From Deltaproteobacteria bacterium RIFCSPLOWO2_12_FULL_60_19 (GTDB lineage: Bacteria > Desulfobacterota > Binatia > UBA9968), in assembly GCA_001798595.1 (NCBI GenBank), contig MGSS01000114.1:2034-66033 (forward strand): a stretch of 64,000 bases of DNA, in the 5' to 3' direction. Positions 17,972 to 29,316 of this stretch are shown piece by piece; the stretch's first letter is position 1, and each line of letters begins with the position of its first letter. A program made the translations under genes and the position numbers. The notes under the pieces are model-generated. The model made no database searches and was not told the origin of the DNA. It worked only from the letters and a program-made list of their open reading frames with translations.

Positions 17972-18054
17972 GCGAGAGTGGCGGAATTGGCAGACGCACT
18001 AGACTTAGGATCTAGCGGGTAACCGTGGGGGTTCGACTCCCCCCTCTCGCACCA
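17972..18054 (+). tRNA. tRNA-Leu(TAG), long variable arm
   Basis: Acceptor GCGAGAG/CTCTCGC, anticodon loop CTTAGGA, 13-nt variable arm, T-arm GGGGGTTCGACTCCCCC, CCA encoded. Confidence 0.8.
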
Positions 18055-18080
18055 GCAATCGCCAGCGGCGCTCCGATTTA

Positions 18081-19397
18081 ATGAAGTTTGACATAGATAT
18101 TGTAAGCTCCACGCAGAGAAAGATCCGCGTCGAGCTCCCCGGCGAAGCGGTGAACCGGGAATTCGTCCGCGCCTACGACAATCTCGGCCGGCGCGCGCGC
18201 ATCAAGGGATTTCGCCCCGGCAAGGCGCCGCGCTCCGTGCTGGAGAAGCTCTACAGCGACGAGGTCAAGGGGCAGGTTCTTTCCCATCTGGTCGAGCACT
18301 CGCTCGGCGAATGCTTCAAGGAGCGCGGGCTCAAGGTGATCGCCGATCCCGAGGTGGAAGCCGATAGCCTCGAAGAGGGCAAGGCCTTCGCTTTCTCGGC
18401 GGTGGTTGAAGTCAAGCCGGAATTCGAAGTCAAAAATTACCGCGGGCTCGAGGTAGAAAAGATCAAGCTCGCCGTGAGCGATGAGCAGGTCGAATCCGCA
18501 CTCGGCCGCCTGCGCGACGGCCACGCGCAGTTGGCGCCCGTGGAAGATCGGGATCAAGTCGAGCAGGGAGACTTTGTCACGCTCGATTTTGTCGGGTCCG
18601 TCGACGGCAAGCCTTTCGAGGGCGGAAAAGCCGAGCATTATGTGATGGAGGTGGGCGGCGGTCATACGCTGCCGGAATTTGAGGCGGCGCTGGTGGGCTT
18701 GAAAAAAGATATCGGAGCGACGATCCGCGTCCCCTATCCTCAAGATCATTTTAACCGCGAGCTGGCGGGGAAAACGGTCGAGTTTTCCGTGAGCGTGCGG
18801 GAGATCAAAAAGAAAGTGCTTCCTCCCCTCGATGACGAATTCGCCAAGGACCACGGCGATTGCGCGACTCTCGCGGAACTCAGAGACAAGCTTCGCACCC
18901 GGCTGGAGAGCGAGCTCCGGGATATTCAAACCCGGGAATTAAAAGAACAGCTGGTGACGCGCCTCGTCGAGGCCCATGGCTTCGACGTTCCTCAGACGCT
19001 GGTCGAGCGCCAACTGCGCTACCTCGTGGAGCGGCGCCAGGGACGGCAGCCGGGCTCGGATCGCGGCGCGCCGGGAGACAAATCCACCGTCGAAGAGCTC
19101 AGAAAAGATCTGGAGCCGCATGCGCGCCGCCAGGTCAAAGCGATGCTCCTGCTGGAAAAGATCGCGGAGCTGGAAAACGTCAGCGTCTCCGACGGCGAGG
19201 TGCAGCAGCGGATCGAAGGCATGGCGCGTTCCGCAGGGGAGCAGGCCGCCTCGCTGCGCCAATTCTACGGCCGCGCGGACGCGCAGGCGCATCTGCGCGA
19301 CCAGATGGCGACCGATCGCACGCTCGGCATGCTTCTGGAATGGGCGAAGATCAGAGAAATAGCCCAGCCCATTGATGCACCGGAGAAAAACAGCTAA
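18081..19397 (+). CDS. tig: Trigger factor
   Basis: 438 aa with the N-terminal ribosome-binding signature GFRPGKAPRSVLEKLY. tig-clpP-clpX-lon synteny is present. Confidence 0.92.
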   Translation: MKFDIDIVSSTQRKIRVELPGEAVNREFVRAYDNLGRRARIKGFRPGKAPRSVLEKLYSDEVKGQVLSHLVEHSLGECFKERGLKVIADPEVEADSLEEGKAFAFSAVVEVKPEFEVKNYRGLEVEKIKLAVSDEQVESALGRLRDGHAQLAPVEDRDQVEQGDFVTLDFVGSVDGKPFEGGKAEHYVMEVGGGHTLPEFEAALVGLKKDIGATIRVPYPQDHFNRELAGKTVEFSVSVREIKKKVLPPLDDEFAKDHGDCATLAELRDKLRTRLESELRDIQTRELKEQLVTRLVEAHGFDVPQTLVERQLRYLVERRQGRQPGSDRGAPGDKSTVEELRKDLEPHARRQVKAMLLLEKIAELENVSVSDGEVQQRIEGMARSAGEQAASLRQFYGRADAQAHLRDQMATDRTLGMLLEWAKIREIAQPIDAPEKNS

Positions 19398-19428
19398 AAT
19401 GTTTTTAAGTGGAAGGAGTCGCTGAGCG

Positions 19429-20022
19429 ATGAACTTCATCCCGATGGTGGTTGAGCAGACCGGGCGGGGAGAGCGCGCCTATGACATCTACTCCCGCCTG
19501 CTCAAAGACCGGATCGTGTTCCTCGGCAGCGTGGTCAGCGACGAGGTCGCCAACGTGGTCACGGCGCAATTCCTCTTCCTGGAATCGGAAGATCCGGAGC
19601 GGGACATTTACTTCTACATCAACACTCCCGGCGGGTCCGTCACCGCGGGTCTTGCCATCTACGACACCATGCAGTATGTCAGGCCCCAGATATCGACGGT
19701 GTGTCTCGGACAGGCGGCCAGCATGGGCGCCGTCCTGTTGGCCGCAGGGGCCAAGGGGAAGCGCTTTGCGCTGCCGCACTCGCGCATCATGATTCATCAG
19801 CCGTTGGGGGGATTCCAGGGGACCGCCACCGACGTGGACATTCAGGCGCGGGAGATTCTCCGCATGAGGGAAGAGCTCAACGACATCATGGTCAAGCATA
19901 CGGGACAGACTCTCAAGAAAATCGAGAAAGACACGGATCGCGATCTCTTCATGACGGGTAAGCTGGCCCTGGAGTATGGGTTGGTGGACGAGGTTATCGT
20001 CACCCGGCCGGACAAGCGATGA
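19429..20022 (+). CDS. clpP: ATP-dependent Clp protease proteolytic subunit
   Basis: 197 aa with the catalytic Ser context GQAASMGA, His (IMIHQP) and Asp (TDRD). Confidence 0.95.
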   Translation: MNFIPMVVEQTGRGERAYDIYSRLLKDRIVFLGSVVSDEVANVVTAQFLFLESEDPERDIYFYINTPGGSVTAGLAIYDTMQYVRPQISTVCLGQAASMGAVLLAAGAKGKRFALPHSRIMIHQPLGGFQGTATDVDIQAREILRMREELNDIMVKHTGQTLKKIEKDTDRDLFMTGKLALEYGLVDEVIVTRPDKR

Positions 20023-20034
20023 CGCGGGGGGTTT

Positions 20035-21288
20035 ATGCCAAAGCACAGTGACGACCGTTCGGGCAACCTGGTCTGCTCTTTTTGCGGTAAGAGTCAGGAT
20101 GAGGTGCGCAAGCTGATCGCCGGCCCGACGGTTTATATCTGTGACGAGTGCATCGAGCTGTGCAACGACATCATCGCCGAGGAATGCGACCACGAGGAAG
20201 CCCTCGCCTCATCGTCCACCGTGCCTAAGCCCGCGGAGATCAAGCGGGTGCTGGATCAATATGTCATCGGCCAGGAACGCGCCAAGAAGATCCTGGCGGT
20301 GGCGGTCCACAACCACTACAAGCGCATCGATCATCAGATGGTGACGGGCGACGTCGAGCTGCAGAAGAGCAACATCTTGCTGCTCGGCCCTACGGGATCG
20401 GGAAAGACGCTGCTGGCGCAAACCCTGGCGCGTTTCCTCCAGGTGCCGTTCACCATCGCGGACGCGACCAGCCTCACGGAAGCCGGTTACGTCGGCGAGG
20501 ACGTCGAGAACATCATCCTCAACCTGCTCCAGGCCGCGGATTACGACGTGGAGAAGGCGCAGCGGGGGATCGTTTATATCGACGAGATCGACAAGATTTC
20601 GCGCAAATCGGAAAATCCGTCGATCACGCGCGATGTCTCAGGCGAAGGCGTGCAGCAGGCGCTGCTCAAGATCGTCGAAGGAACGATGGCGAGCGTCCCG
20701 CCGAAGGGCGGGCGAAAGCATCCGCAGCAGGAATTTCTTCAGGTGGACACCACGAACATCCTCTTTATCTGCGGCGGCGCCTTTGTCGGCCTGGAAGACA
20801 TCATCCGCAAACGGACCGGACGAAAGCGCATGGGCTTCGGCGGCGAGCTCGATGACCGCGACGGACGGAGGGCGACCGAGCTGTTGCATGAAGTGCAGCC
20901 CGAGGATCTGCTCAAATTCGGCCTGATCCCGGAGTTCATCGGCCGGTTGCCCGTGCTGGCGACGCTGGACGAGCTCGACGACAGCGCGTTGGTCAGAATC
21001 CTGAAGGAGCCGAAAAACGCTTTGACCAAGCAGTACTGCAAGCTTTTCGAGATGGAAAGCGTTCATCTCAAGTTTACCGAAGAGGCGCTTCGGGGGATAT
21101 CCCGGGAGGCGATGAAGCGGAAATCGGGAGCGCGCGGACTGCGGGCGATTATGGAAAACATCATGCTCGACGTGATGTACGAACTTCCTTCGCAGCCGAA
21201 CATCAAAGAGGTCGTCATCTCGGAGGAAGTGGTCACCCGGCATGAGCCGCCGATCATTGTTTACAGCAAGGCCGCAGAGAGCGCGTAG
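20035..21288 (+). CDS. clpX: ATP-dependent Clp protease ATP-binding subunit ClpX
   Basis: 417 aa. N-terminal zinc-binding CSFCGK...CDEC, Walker A GPTGSGKT, and the GYVG pore loop. Confidence 0.95.
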   Translation: MPKHSDDRSGNLVCSFCGKSQDEVRKLIAGPTVYICDECIELCNDIIAEECDHEEALASSSTVPKPAEIKRVLDQYVIGQERAKKILAVAVHNHYKRIDHQMVTGDVELQKSNILLLGPTGSGKTLLAQTLARFLQVPFTIADATSLTEAGYVGEDVENIILNLLQAADYDVEKAQRGIVYIDEIDKISRKSENPSITRDVSGEGVQQALLKIVEGTMASVPPKGGRKHPQQEFLQVDTTNILFICGGAFVGLEDIIRKRTGRKRMGFGGELDDRDGRRATELLHEVQPEDLLKFGLIPEFIGRLPVLATLDELDDSALVRILKEPKNALTKQYCKLFEMESVHLKFTEEALRGISREAMKRKSGARGLRAIMENIMLDVMYELPSQPNIKEVVISEEVVTRHEPPIIVYSKAAESA

Positions 21289-21298
21289 GGGGGGGACT

Positions 21299-23767
21299 AT
21301 GTTGTTTCGCAGCGACAAGAAAGACGACAAGGAAAAAGACGCGAGCGCCGTGGCCGTGCCCCTGTTGCCGCTGAGGGACATCGTGGTGTTCCCTCACATG
21401 GTGGTGCCTCTGTTCGTCGGGCGGCAGCGCTCCATCAAGGCGCTCGAAGAGGCCACGCAAAAGCAGGGGCCGATCTTTCTCTCCTCGCAAAAGGACGCCA
21501 AGACCAACGATCCGACGGAGACCGACATTTACCGCATCGGCGTCCTCGGGAATGTCGTCCAGATGTTAAAGCTCCCGGATGGGACGGTGAAGGTGCTGAT
21601 CGAGGGAAAGAAGCGGGCGCAGGTGGCGCGCTTTCTCACTCACCCTGAATTCTTCATGGTCGAAGTGGAGGACGTAACCGAGCTGGTGGAGAAAAACCCC
21701 GAGGTCGAGGCGCTCATTCGCGAGGTCCACAGCACGTTTGAGAACTATGTCAAATTGAGGAAGAAGATTCCTCCCGAAATGGTGATGTCCGTCTCCTCGA
21801 TCGAGGACCCGGGGCGTCTCGGCGACACGATCGTTACGCATCTGGGGATTAAAATCGAGGACCGCCAGAACCTGCTCGAAACGCTCAACGCGACCGAGCG
21901 GCTGGAGAAGATCCTGGGCCACATGCGCGCCGAGATCGAAATCCTTGAAGTCGAGCGGCGCATCCGTTCGCGGGTCAAGAAGCAGATGGAGCGCTCGCAA
22001 AAAGAATACTACCTGAACGAGCAGATGCGGGCGATCCAGAAGGAGCTGGGAGAGAAGGACGAGTTCAAAAACGAGATTCAGGAGATCGAAGAAAAGATCA
22101 AGCAGAAAAAACTCTCCGCCGAGGCTCGCGATAAGGTCGAGAAAGAGCTCAAAAAGCTCAAGATGATGTCGCCGATGTCGGCCGAGGCGACGGTGGTCAG
22201 AAATTACATCGACTGGATTCTGAGCCTCCCCTGGAATGAATTCACCGACGACAAGCTGGACATCAAAGAGGCCGAGAAGGTGCTCGAAGAGGACCACTAC
22301 GGGCTGGGGAAAGTCAAACAGCGGATTCTCGAATACCTTGCCGTGCAGAGTTTGGTCGGCAAGATGAAAGGGCCGATTCTTTGCCTGGTCGGTCCTCCGG
22401 GAGTGGGCAAGACCTCGCTCGGCCGCTCCATCGCCCGGGCCACAGGGCGAAAATTTGTCCGCGTTTCCTTAGGCGGCGTGCGCGACGAGGCGGAGGTTCG
22501 CGGCCACCGGCGCACCTACATCGGAGCGCTGCCGGGAAAAATCATTCAGTCGATGAAAAAGGCCGGCTCGAGCAACCCGGTCTTCCTGATGGACGAGGTC
22601 GATAAGATGTCGACCGACTTTCGCGGCGACCCGTCGTCCGCCTTGCTCGAAGTGCTGGACCCGGAGCAGAACCTGGCCTTTAACGACCACTATCTGGATC
22701 TCGATTACGATCTGTCGAGGGTCATGTTTATCACGACGGCGAACACGCTCGACCGCATCCCGCGGCCGCTGCAGGACCGCATGGAGATCATCCGCATCGC
22801 GGGATATACGGAGCTGGAAAAGCTCAACATCGCGAAAAAATATCTTGTGGGCAAGCAGAGAGAGGCCAACGGTCTGAGCGAGCAGAATATCATTTTGACC
22901 GATAATGCGCTTCTCGGCCTGATTCGCCACTATACGAAGGAAGCCGGGGTGAGAAGTCTTGACCGTGAAATCGCCTCGCTTTGCCGCAAGGTGGCCGTGG
23001 AGGTCGTCAAGACCGATAAGAACGCGAGCATTCAAGTCGGCGGCAAGAGCTTGCACAAGTATCTGGGAGCTGTGAAGTTCCGCTACGGCAAGGCCGAAGG
23101 GGGGGAACATATCGGCGTGACCACGGGTCTTGCCTGGACCGAGCTTGGCGGCGAGCTGCTCGCCACCGAAGTTACCATTATGCCGGGCAAAGGGCAGCTC
23201 ATTATCACGGGCCAACTAGGGGACGTGATGAAAGAGTCGGCCCAGGCCGCCATGAGCTATGTCCGCTCGCGGGCGGTGGAGTTGGGTCTCGACAAAGATT
23301 TTTACCAGAAGATCGATGTCCATCTACATGTTCCGGAAGGTTCTATCCCCAAGGATGGGCCGTCCGCCGGGATCACCATGGCGACTTCGCTGGTGTCCGC
23401 CCTGATCCGAGTGCCGGTAGTGCACGACCTCGCCATGACAGGGGAGATTACGCTGAGGGGCAGAGTGCTGCCGATCGGCGGATTAAAAGAAAAGATACTG
23501 GCGGCTCATCGGGGAGGCATCAAGACGGTGCTGATACCCGAAGAAAATGAGAAAGACATCGAAGAGATACCTTCGACGATCCTCAAGTCGGTGAACCTGG
23601 TCCTGGTCTCCCACATGGATGAGGTGCTGAAAAAGGCGCTCGTTTTGACGGATCCCGACCGCCTTTTCAAGCGCGGCACCGAGCCGACGGTTGCGCCGAG
23701 AGACGAGGCGCCTCCTTTCAGCGAAGAAAAGGACGTCGAAGTTCCCCAGAACATTCTGCCGCAATAG
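21299..23767 (+). CDS. lon: Lon protease
   Basis: Track ORF 21242..23767. The real start is ATG 21299, which follows a G-rich SD and avoids overlap with clpX. Walker [10 protein letters not shown] is present, and the catalytic Ser lies in [10 protein letters not shown]. Confidence 0.95.
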   Translation: MLFRSDKKDDKEKDASAVAVPLLPLRDIVVFPHMVVPLFVGRQRSIKALEEATQKQGPIFLSSQKDAKTNDPTETDIYRIGVLGNVVQMLKLPDGTVKVLIEGKKRAQVARFLTHPEFFMVEVEDVTELVEKNPEVEALIREVHSTFENYVKLRKKIPPEMVMSVSSIEDPGRLGDTIVTHLGIKIEDRQNLLETLNATERLEKILGHMRAEIEILEVERRIRSRVKKQMERSQKEYYLNEQMRAIQKELGEKDEFKNEIQEIEEKIKQKKLSAEARDKVEKELKKLKMMSPMSAEATVVRNYIDWILSLPWNEFTDDKLDIKEAEKVLEEDHYGLGKVKQRILEYLAVQSLVGKMKGPILCLVGPPGVGKTSLGRSIARATGRKFVRVSLGGVRDEAEVRGHRRTYIGALPGKIIQSMKKAGSSNPVFLMDEVDKMSTDFRGDPSSALLEVLDPEQNLAFNDHYLDLDYDLSRVMFITTANTLDRIPRPLQDRMEIIRIAGYTELEKLNIAKKYLVGKQREANGLSEQNIILTDNALLGLIRHYTKEAGVRSLDREIASLCRKVAVEVVKTDKNASIQVGGKSLHKYLGAVKFRYGKAEGGEHIGVTTGLAWTELGGELLATEVTIMPGKGQLIITGQLGDVMKESAQAAMSYVRSRAVELGLDKDFYQKIDVHLHVPEGSIPKDGPSAGITMATSLVSALIRVPVVHDLAMTGEITLRGRVLPIGGLKEKILAAHRGGIKTVLIPEENEKDIEEIPSTILKSVNLVLVSHMDEVLKKALVLTDPDRLFKRGTEPTVAPRDEAPPFSEEKDVEVPQNILPQ

Positions 23768-23871
23768 GGGCAGGCAAGGCCGGGCGTCTCTTAGGATTGA
23801 CGCCTGGCCCCTCACCTGTTATAAATTCCCGATCATCCGACGGCCGGGTTTGCGGGTTTCTGCATTGCATC

Positions 23872-24144
23872 ATGACAAAGGCAGACTTAATCGAGTCGCT
23901 GGCGCGTAAGGCGGATCTCCTGAGACAGCGGGCCGAGGAGATTGTGAATAGGCTCTTTGACGATATCGTCGCCGCCCTGAAGAACGGGGACAAGGTGAAC
24001 CTCTCCGGCTTTGGGACTTTTTCGGTCTCTGAGCGCAAGGCCAGGACGGGTAGAAACCCGAAAACCGGAGCGGCGATTGAGATCGCTTCCTCGCGCGCCG
24101 TAAAATTTAAGGCCAGCAAGACCTTAAAAGAGTCCCTCAGCTAG
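23872..24144 (+). CDS. hup: HU-family DNA-binding protein
   Basis: 90 aa from ATG 23872: MTKADLIESLA...FGTFSVSERKARTGRNPKTG..IEI..S.AVKFKA. The lon-hup synteny matches E. coli. Confidence 0.88.
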   Translation: MTKADLIESLARKADLLRQRAEEIVNRLFDDIVAALKNGDKVNLSGFGTFSVSERKARTGRNPKTGAAIEIASSRAVKFKASKTLKESLS

Positions 24145-24252
24145 ATCCCTCATTCCGGCTCGCAATCGGCGACGGCCTTGAGCGGCCTTGAGATGGACCA
24201 GCGGTCATGGAGATTGCGAAGTTTGCGGCGTGGGGCTGTCCCGTCCGGGGAG

Positions 24253-24327
24253 GGGCGGTTAGCTCAGCGGGAGAGCATCGGCCTTACAAGCCGGGGGTCA
24301 CAGGTTCAAATCCTGTACCGCCCACCA
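24253..24327 (+). tRNA. tRNA-Val(TAC)
   Basis: Acceptor GGGCGGT/ACCGCCC, anticodon loop CTTACAA, T-arm CAGGTTCAAATCCTG, CCA encoded. Confidence 0.82.
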
Positions 24328-24429
24328 GGGACAATGCAAAAGGAAAAATGGAAAATAGAATCAAAAGAACGCGAGTTTGTCGGGACGTCATTTTGCCTTT
24401 TGCATTTTTCATTTTGCATTGACTTTATC

Positions 24430-24506
24430 GGGGTCGTAGTTCAGCTGGATAGAACGCCGGCCTGTCACGCCGGAGGTCGCGAGTTCGAGTCTCGTCGGCC
24501 CCGCCA
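24430..24506 (+). tRNA. tRNA-Asp(GTC)
   Basis: Acceptor GGGGTCG/CGGCCCC (one G-U pair), anticodon loop CTGTCAC, T-arm GCGAGTTCGAGTCTCGT, CCA encoded. Confidence 0.82.
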
Positions 24507-24567
24507 TAAAATACAGAGGAGTGTTTGGCTGCCGCAGGGCCGCGCGGAATATCTGCGATGAGGGAAG

Positions 24568-25014
24568 ATGGTTATGGGGACATTTCAACTGAAGAAGAGC
24601 GAAGCGCTGAGCCAGCGCCGGTGGCATCTGATCGACGCCAACGGGCAGGTCTTGGGGCGATTGGCGACGCGAGTCGCGGATATCTTGCGGGGAAAGCATA
24701 AAGCGGTCTTCACCCCGAACGTCGACGGCGGCGACTTCGTCGTCGTGATCAATGCGCGCGGCATCAAGCTGACGGGGAAAAAGCTGGAGAAGAAGCTGTA
24801 CTATCGCCACTCGGAATACCCCGGAGGGCTGCGCACCACCGTGGCGCAGAAGTTGCTGGCCGAAAAGCCCGAAAACCTCGTGCGTTTGGCGGTCAAGGGC
24901 ATGTTGCCCAAAAACCGTTTGAGCAGAAGGCTCTATACCAAGTTAAAAGTCTACGCGGGAGGCGATCATCCCCACGCGGCCCAAAAGCCTGAGCCGCTGG
25001 CACTCGGAGCTTAG
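24568..25014 (+). CDS. rplM: 50S ribosomal protein L13
   Basis: W.LIDA.GQ.LGRLAT..A..LRGKHK..FTP..D.GD.VVVINA. rplM-rpsI pair. Confidence 0.92.
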   Translation: MVMGTFQLKKSEALSQRRWHLIDANGQVLGRLATRVADILRGKHKAVFTPNVDGGDFVVVINARGIKLTGKKLEKKLYYRHSEYPGGLRTTVAQKLLAEKPENLVRLAVKGMLPKNRLSRRLYTKLKVYAGGDHPHAAQKPEPLALGA

Positions 25015-25024
25015 GAGCTGAATC

Positions 25025-25417
25025 ATGGCGCAAAAGGTTTTTTCTGCAACTGGAAGACGAAAAACTTCAGTAGCCCGTGTTTTTCTGAAAGAAGGAACGG
25101 GAAACGTGTCGATCAATGACCGCGCCCTGGACGAGTACTTCGGGCGGGAGACCGCGCGAATGATCGTGCTTCAGCCTTTTCGCGTGACTCAGACGGTTGG
25201 AAATTACGACGCCGAGGTCAACGTGCAAGGCGGCGGCATGTCGGGGCAGGCCGGAGCGATCCGGCATGGCATTACCCGCGCCCTGATGGAAGCCAACCCG
25301 GACTTTCGCAGCCCGCTTAAAAAGGCGGGGTTTGTGACGCGCGATCCGCGCGCCGTCGAGCGCAAAAAATACGGCCACCACAAGGCCCGCAAACGGCCGC
25401 AGTACTCCAAGCGTTAA
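25025..25417 (+). CDS. rpsI: 30S ribosomal protein S9
   Basis: 130 aa ending ...[17 protein letters not shown]. Confidence 0.93.
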   Translation: MAQKVFSATGRRKTSVARVFLKEGTGNVSINDRALDEYFGRETARMIVLQPFRVTQTVGNYDAEVNVQGGGMSGQAGAIRHGITRALMEANPDFRSPLKKAGFVTRDPRAVERKKYGHHKARKRPQYSKR

Positions 25418-25454
25418 AATCTGCGCGCGGTCTCTCCTCGTAGCGCGAGCGATC

Positions 25455-26570
25455 TTAGGACTCTTCGGAATTGGCGTAGAAATAGAGCGCCACCATGGCC
25501 ATGGTGATGTTTGGGATCCAGGCGGCGATCCAGCCGGGCAACGCGCCGCTGTGGCCGAGCGAGAGACTGAAGGCCCGCAGGAACCAGTAACCGAAGCCGA
25601 TCAGCATCGTCAGGCCGAAGCTGATCGCCAACCCTCCGCTGCGGCCGTGGCGGACGGCAAAGGGAATCGCCAGAAGGACCATGAGAAGAGGAATGAAAGG
25701 GACCGCCATCTTCGCTTGGAGATCGACCCGCTGTTCCGTGGTGTCTATCCCCTTGTCGCTCAAGTCGGCGACCTGCCGGCGAAGGTCGAAGAAACCGAAC
25801 TCCTCCGGGTCGCGCGCGAGGAGCTTTAAATCTTCGGGGGTTTCGGCGATGGCAAGTACAGTGTCGGCTTTGCGCTGCATCATGGTGCCGTCGGGGAGAA
25901 AGAGCCATTCAGAGCCGTTTTTTACTTCCCAGTGGGAGCCGTTCCAGGTCGCCGCCGGCGCCTCGATCAGGCCGCGCAGCGTAAAATCCCGGTTCAGGAG
26001 AAATATCGACACGCCCTCTAAGACGGTCTTTTTCCGATCGAAATAGCTCACGTTGATGAACGCTTCCTCGGTGCGGAGCCACATGTCCTTGGTTCCGATG
26101 GCGCTTTTCGGCTCCCGTTTTTTCACCTCGGTTTTGTAGATGTACTGCGCCTCACGCGCAAAAATAGGCGCCACGGTTTCGTTCCAAAAAAAGTTTAGCG
26201 CTGAGATGACCAGCGCGCAGGCGAAGAGCGGCTGCGAGATGCGGAAGATGCTGATGCCGCCGGCGCGCATCGCGGTGATCTCCTGGCTGCGCGACAACAT
26301 CCCGATCGAGAACAGCGCAGAGAAAAGGACCGCGAAGCCGAACACCCGCGAGAGCAGGAGCGGCAGTTTGTAGGCAAAATAGCGTATCGAGGTCCAAAGC
26401 GAGGCGCCGGCCTTGAGCAGAGATTCAATCTTCTCAAAGAAATCGACAATCAGATAAAGAGCGGTCGTGCATATGAGGCTGATGAGGACGATTTTCAGAA
26501 AGCCGCGTATGATGTACCAGTCCAGGATGCCGCCGACGGGCCACGGGATGATGGATTTGATTTTTTCCAT
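25455..26570 (-). CDS. lptG: LPS export ABC permease LptG (YjgP/YjgQ family)
   Basis: 371 aa, YjgP/YjgQ topology, downstream paralog of the lptF-lptG pair. Confidence 0.7.
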   Translation of the reverse strand: MEKIKSIIPWPVGGILDWYIIRGFLKIVLISLICTTALYLIVDFFEKIESLLKAGASLWTSIRYFAYKLPLLLSRVFGFAVLFSALFSIGMLSRSQEITAMRAGGISIFRISQPLFACALVISALNFFWNETVAPIFAREAQYIYKTEVKKREPKSAIGTKDMWLRTEEAFINVSYFDRKKTVLEGVSIFLLNRDFTLRGLIEAPAATWNGSHWEVKNGSEWLFLPDGTMMQRKADTVLAIAETPEDLKLLARDPEEFGFFDLRRQVADLSDKGIDTTEQRVDLQAKMAVPFIPLLMVLLAIPFAVRHGRSGGLAISFGLTMLIGFGYWFLRAFSLSLGHSGALPGWIAAWIPNITMAMVALYFYANSEES

Positions 26571-26577
26571 AGGGAGC

Positions 26578-27774
26578 CTAGAGGGCTCGCGGTTGCCTGA
26601 GACCCGCGAACCGGCGCCTCAGGTGGAAGGACAGGTCCTCCAGCTTGCTTTGGATTAAAAACGGCGATTCCTTCAGCGCCTTTCTGAAAAAATGGGCGGC
26701 GATCAGAGCCAGGACGATGTTGGGGAGCCAGGCGGCCAGGGCCGCCGGCAGGAGCTCCCGCGAACCGAGCGCCTTGCCGGCGGAGAGCAGTCCATAGTAG
26801 ACCAACAGCCAGGTAAGGCAGAGCGCAAAGCCCCACGAGCGGCTGGCGCGGGAGCGGGTCGGCACGAGGACCAGTGAAACCGCCAGGAGGGCCAAAGCCA
26901 GCGGGGCGAAGGCAAAGGAGAATCTTAAGTGCAGCTCCATGAGTTCCACCGTGAATCTCTCGCCCTGCTCCTGCTTGAGCTGGATGGTTTTTCTCAGGCG
27001 GCGCAGCGACATCTCCTTGGGCGAGGGATCCTGGGGACGCGCGGGGCCCAAAACTTCCGTGGGGTCGAGCTTGAAGTCGTAGGTGTTGAATCGCGTGCGG
27101 CTGAAGCCCGGTCGCTTCGCCTCTTTTTCATAAACGGTGCCTTCGAACAGCCGGAAATTGATGGTCTGCGACTCCTCGTCGGAAAAAATGAAGGCCACCT
27201 TGCTGAAAATGTCTTGCTCCCTGTCCACCCGGCGGCGGTCCACGATCAGCACGCCTTTTGCGGTTTCCCCAGGCGGAACCAGCTCTTCGATGTAGATCAG
27301 AACCTTGGGAAAATCGTCGTTGAAAACTTTTTCCTTAAGTTCGCTTGTGACGCGCGTCTTGGCGATGTTATACAACGCCTTTCTCATGGCGGTATTCGCC
27401 GCGGGCCTTACCTGGGTGGTAATGATGAGCGCGACCACGGAGACTACGAGGGCGATGACCGCTACCGGCCAGACGATCTGAACGGGGCTGACGCCGGAGG
27501 CTTTGAGGGCGAGGATCTCGTGATCGCTCGCCAGCCTGCCCAGCCCGAGAAATATCCCAAGGAGGAGCGCCATGGGCACGGTGCTTTCCAGAAACGTCGG
27601 AAGAATGAGCGCGAAAAGCTTGCCGATTTGCGCGAACGACACGCCGCGAGTTACGACCATATCTACGAGCTTGAGCAGGCGGGCGATCAGGAGAATAATC
27701 GTAAACGCCATCAGTCCGAAGAGGAACGGCGGCAGAATCTCCCGGGCGATGTAAAAACCTAATGTGCGCTTCAC
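26578..27774 (-). CDS. lptF: LPS export ABC permease LptF (YjgP/YjgQ family)
   Basis: 398 aa. The N-terminus YIAREILPPFLFGL...LLIARLLKLVD is typical of LptF/LptG. Upstream member of the pair. Confidence 0.7.
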   Translation of the reverse strand: MKRTLGFYIAREILPPFLFGLMAFTIILLIARLLKLVDMVVTRGVSFAQIGKLFALILPTFLESTVPMALLLGIFLGLGRLASDHEILALKASGVSPVQIVWPVAVIALVVSVVALIITTQVRPAANTAMRKALYNIAKTRVTSELKEKVFNDDFPKVLIYIEELVPPGETAKGVLIVDRRRVDREQDIFSKVAFIFSDEESQTINFRLFEGTVYEKEAKRPGFSRTRFNTYDFKLDPTEVLGPARPQDPSPKEMSLRRLRKTIQLKQEQGERFTVELMELHLRFSFAFAPLALALLAVSLVLVPTRSRASRSWGFALCLTWLLVYYGLLSAGKALGSRELLPAALAAWLPNIVLALIAAHFFRKALKESPFLIQSKLEDLSFHLRRRFAGLRQPRAL

Positions 27775-27840
27775 TACTCGATCATGTTAGCTGGTGGCGC
27801 TATCTTTGTAAAATGATCCGCGCGGAAAAGAACGGCGGCG

Positions 27841-28605
27841 ATGGATAAAGAAGAAGAGTCGCTGGTTATTTTCGGCGTCAACCCGGTGCTGGAAAAGGCC
27901 AGGAGCCGGCCGAGCGATATTGTGGAGATTCTGGTGGCCCGTAAGCCGGGAGGCCCGGCGATCGGCTCCATTCTCGACGAGGCCCGGCGGAGCGGATTGC
28001 GCGTGCGCGAAGTCGCTTCGAGCCTGTTGGACCGTTTGACGGAAAGCCGAGCGCATCAGGGAGTGGCCGCGCGCATCGCGCCCTATGCGTATCGTACTTT
28101 CGACGAGTTTGTGAAAGAGCTTTCGTCGGAGCCTTCGCCGAGTACGGTTCTCATTTTGGACGGCTTGACCGACCCGCGTAATGTGGGCGCCCTGCTGCGC
28201 TCGGCTGAAGCGGCAGGGGTCCGTCATGTGGTGATTCCTAAAGATCGATCGGTGGCGGTGACGCCTGTGGTGGTCAAGACTTCGGCCGGAGCAGTGCACC
28301 ATCTCAAGATCTACCGGGTCGCCAACCTTCGGCGCGTCCTGGAAACACTCAAGGCCAGCGGCTGGTGGATCGTCGGACTGGCCCCGGCCGCCAGGGAGCG
28401 CCTGTACGACCGCTCTTATCCCGCAAAAGTCGCCGTGGTATTGGGCTCCGAGGGGGGCGGGATGCGCTCTTTGATCCAGCGCGAGTGCGATTTTCTGGTA
28501 TCGATCCCGATGGCGGGGAAGATAGCCTCTTTGAACGTGGCGGTGGCTGGAGCGATCTGTCTCTATGAGCTGGTTCGGCAAAGAACGGCCGCTAAAGGGG
28601 GCTAG
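27841..28605 (+). CDS. rlmB: 23S rRNA (guanosine-2'-O)-methyltransferase RlmB (SpoU/TrmH family)
   Basis: 254 aa. SpoU motifs: LDGLTDPRNVGALLRSAEAAGV, VLGSEGGGMR, IPMAGKIASLNVAVA. Confidence 0.8.
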   Translation: MDKEEESLVIFGVNPVLEKARSRPSDIVEILVARKPGGPAIGSILDEARRSGLRVREVASSLLDRLTESRAHQGVAARIAPYAYRTFDEFVKELSSEPSPSTVLILDGLTDPRNVGALLRSAEAAGVRHVVIPKDRSVAVTPVVVKTSAGAVHHLKIYRVANLRRVLETLKASGWWIVGLAPAARERLYDRSYPAKVAVVLGSEGGGMRSLIQRECDFLVSIPMAGKIASLNVAVAGAICLYELVRQRTAAKGG

Positions 28606-28632
28606 CCACCATAGCGCCTGGCCTAAAGGGCT

Positions 28633-28663
28633 GTTGACAAGCGGATTTGAAGGTGCTTTATAT
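28633..28663 (+). promoter_or_regulatory. Sigma70-like promoter candidate (TTGACA, 17-19 nt spacer, TATATA) upstream of the tRNA-Thr-Tyr-Gly-Thr-tuf cluster
   Basis: TTGACAagcggatttgaaggtgctTTATATATT lies in an unusually AT-rich stretch about 150 nt upstream of the first tRNA. Confidence 0.4.
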
Positions 28664-28815
28664 ATTAGTTTACAGCGACTAACCTTGTTACAAAGTATTG
28701 TCTGTCTTAGGCTGAGGTCATAGCAAAATCAGACGGATTTTCCCGGTCTTAAATTTGACGGCCAGCAGGTAAGTTTTTGCATAGCCGGGCGGCGTGGTTT
28801 CTCAAGTTTGTTGAA

Positions 28816-28890
28816 GCTGGCGTAGCTCAACGGCAGAGCAGCTGATTTGTAATCAGCAGGTTGTAGGTTCAAGTCCTATCGCCAGCTCCA
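28816..28890 (+). tRNA. tRNA-Thr(TGT)
   Basis: Acceptor GCTGGCG/CGCCAGC, anticodon loop TTTGTAA, CCA encoded. Confidence 0.8.
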
Positions 28891-29008
28891 GAGACAGGGG
28901 ATCGAGCGGGATGGGATTTGTAATCACCGAGGACCGGCCCTTCGACGTTGCTCAGGACAGGCAAACGAGTAGGGATGCCGGTTGTGGATTGAAGGGAAAG
29001 GGAGAAGC

Positions 29009-29093
<85 letters not shown>

Positions 29094-29097
29094 GTTT

Positions 29098-29173
29098 GCG
29101 GGAATAGCTCAGTTGGTAGAGCGCGAGCCTTCCAAGCTCGGGGTCGCGGGTTCGAGTCCCGTTTCCCGCTCCA
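29098..29173 (+). tRNA. tRNA-Gly(TCC)
   Basis: Acceptor GCGGGAA/TTCCCGC, anticodon loop CTTCCAA, T-arm GCGGGTTCGAGTCCCGT, CCA encoded. Confidence 0.82.
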
Positions 29174-29197
29174 ATTTGTGTCGTCCCCGACTGGCGT

Positions 29198-29270
29198 GCC
29201 CAGGTAGCTCAGTCGGCAGAGCACGTCCTTGGTAAGGACGAGGTCGGCGGTTCGATCCCGCTCCTGGGCT
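29198..29270 (+). tRNA. tRNA-Thr(GGT), CCA not encoded
   Basis: Acceptor GCCCAGG/CCTGGGC, anticodon loop TTGGTAA, T-arm GGCGGTTCGATCCCGCT. It lies immediately upstream of tuf, the classic Thr-Tyr-Gly-Thr-tuf arrangement. Confidence 0.8.
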
Positions 29271-29316
29271 TTTGCCCGGCATTAATTAGGTTAAGGTAAA
29301 CCAGCAGGAGGGAGAG

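Noticed and set aside
21242-21298. Upstream extension of lon overlapping clpX
   Set aside because: ATG 21299 follows an SD and gives the canonical Lon N-terminus; the extension would overlap the clpX 3' end.
25418-25454. Possible bidirectional terminator between rpsI and lptG
   Set aside because: Only a short imperfect stem (TGCGCGCGG...GCGCGAG) without a flanking U-tract; insufficient support.
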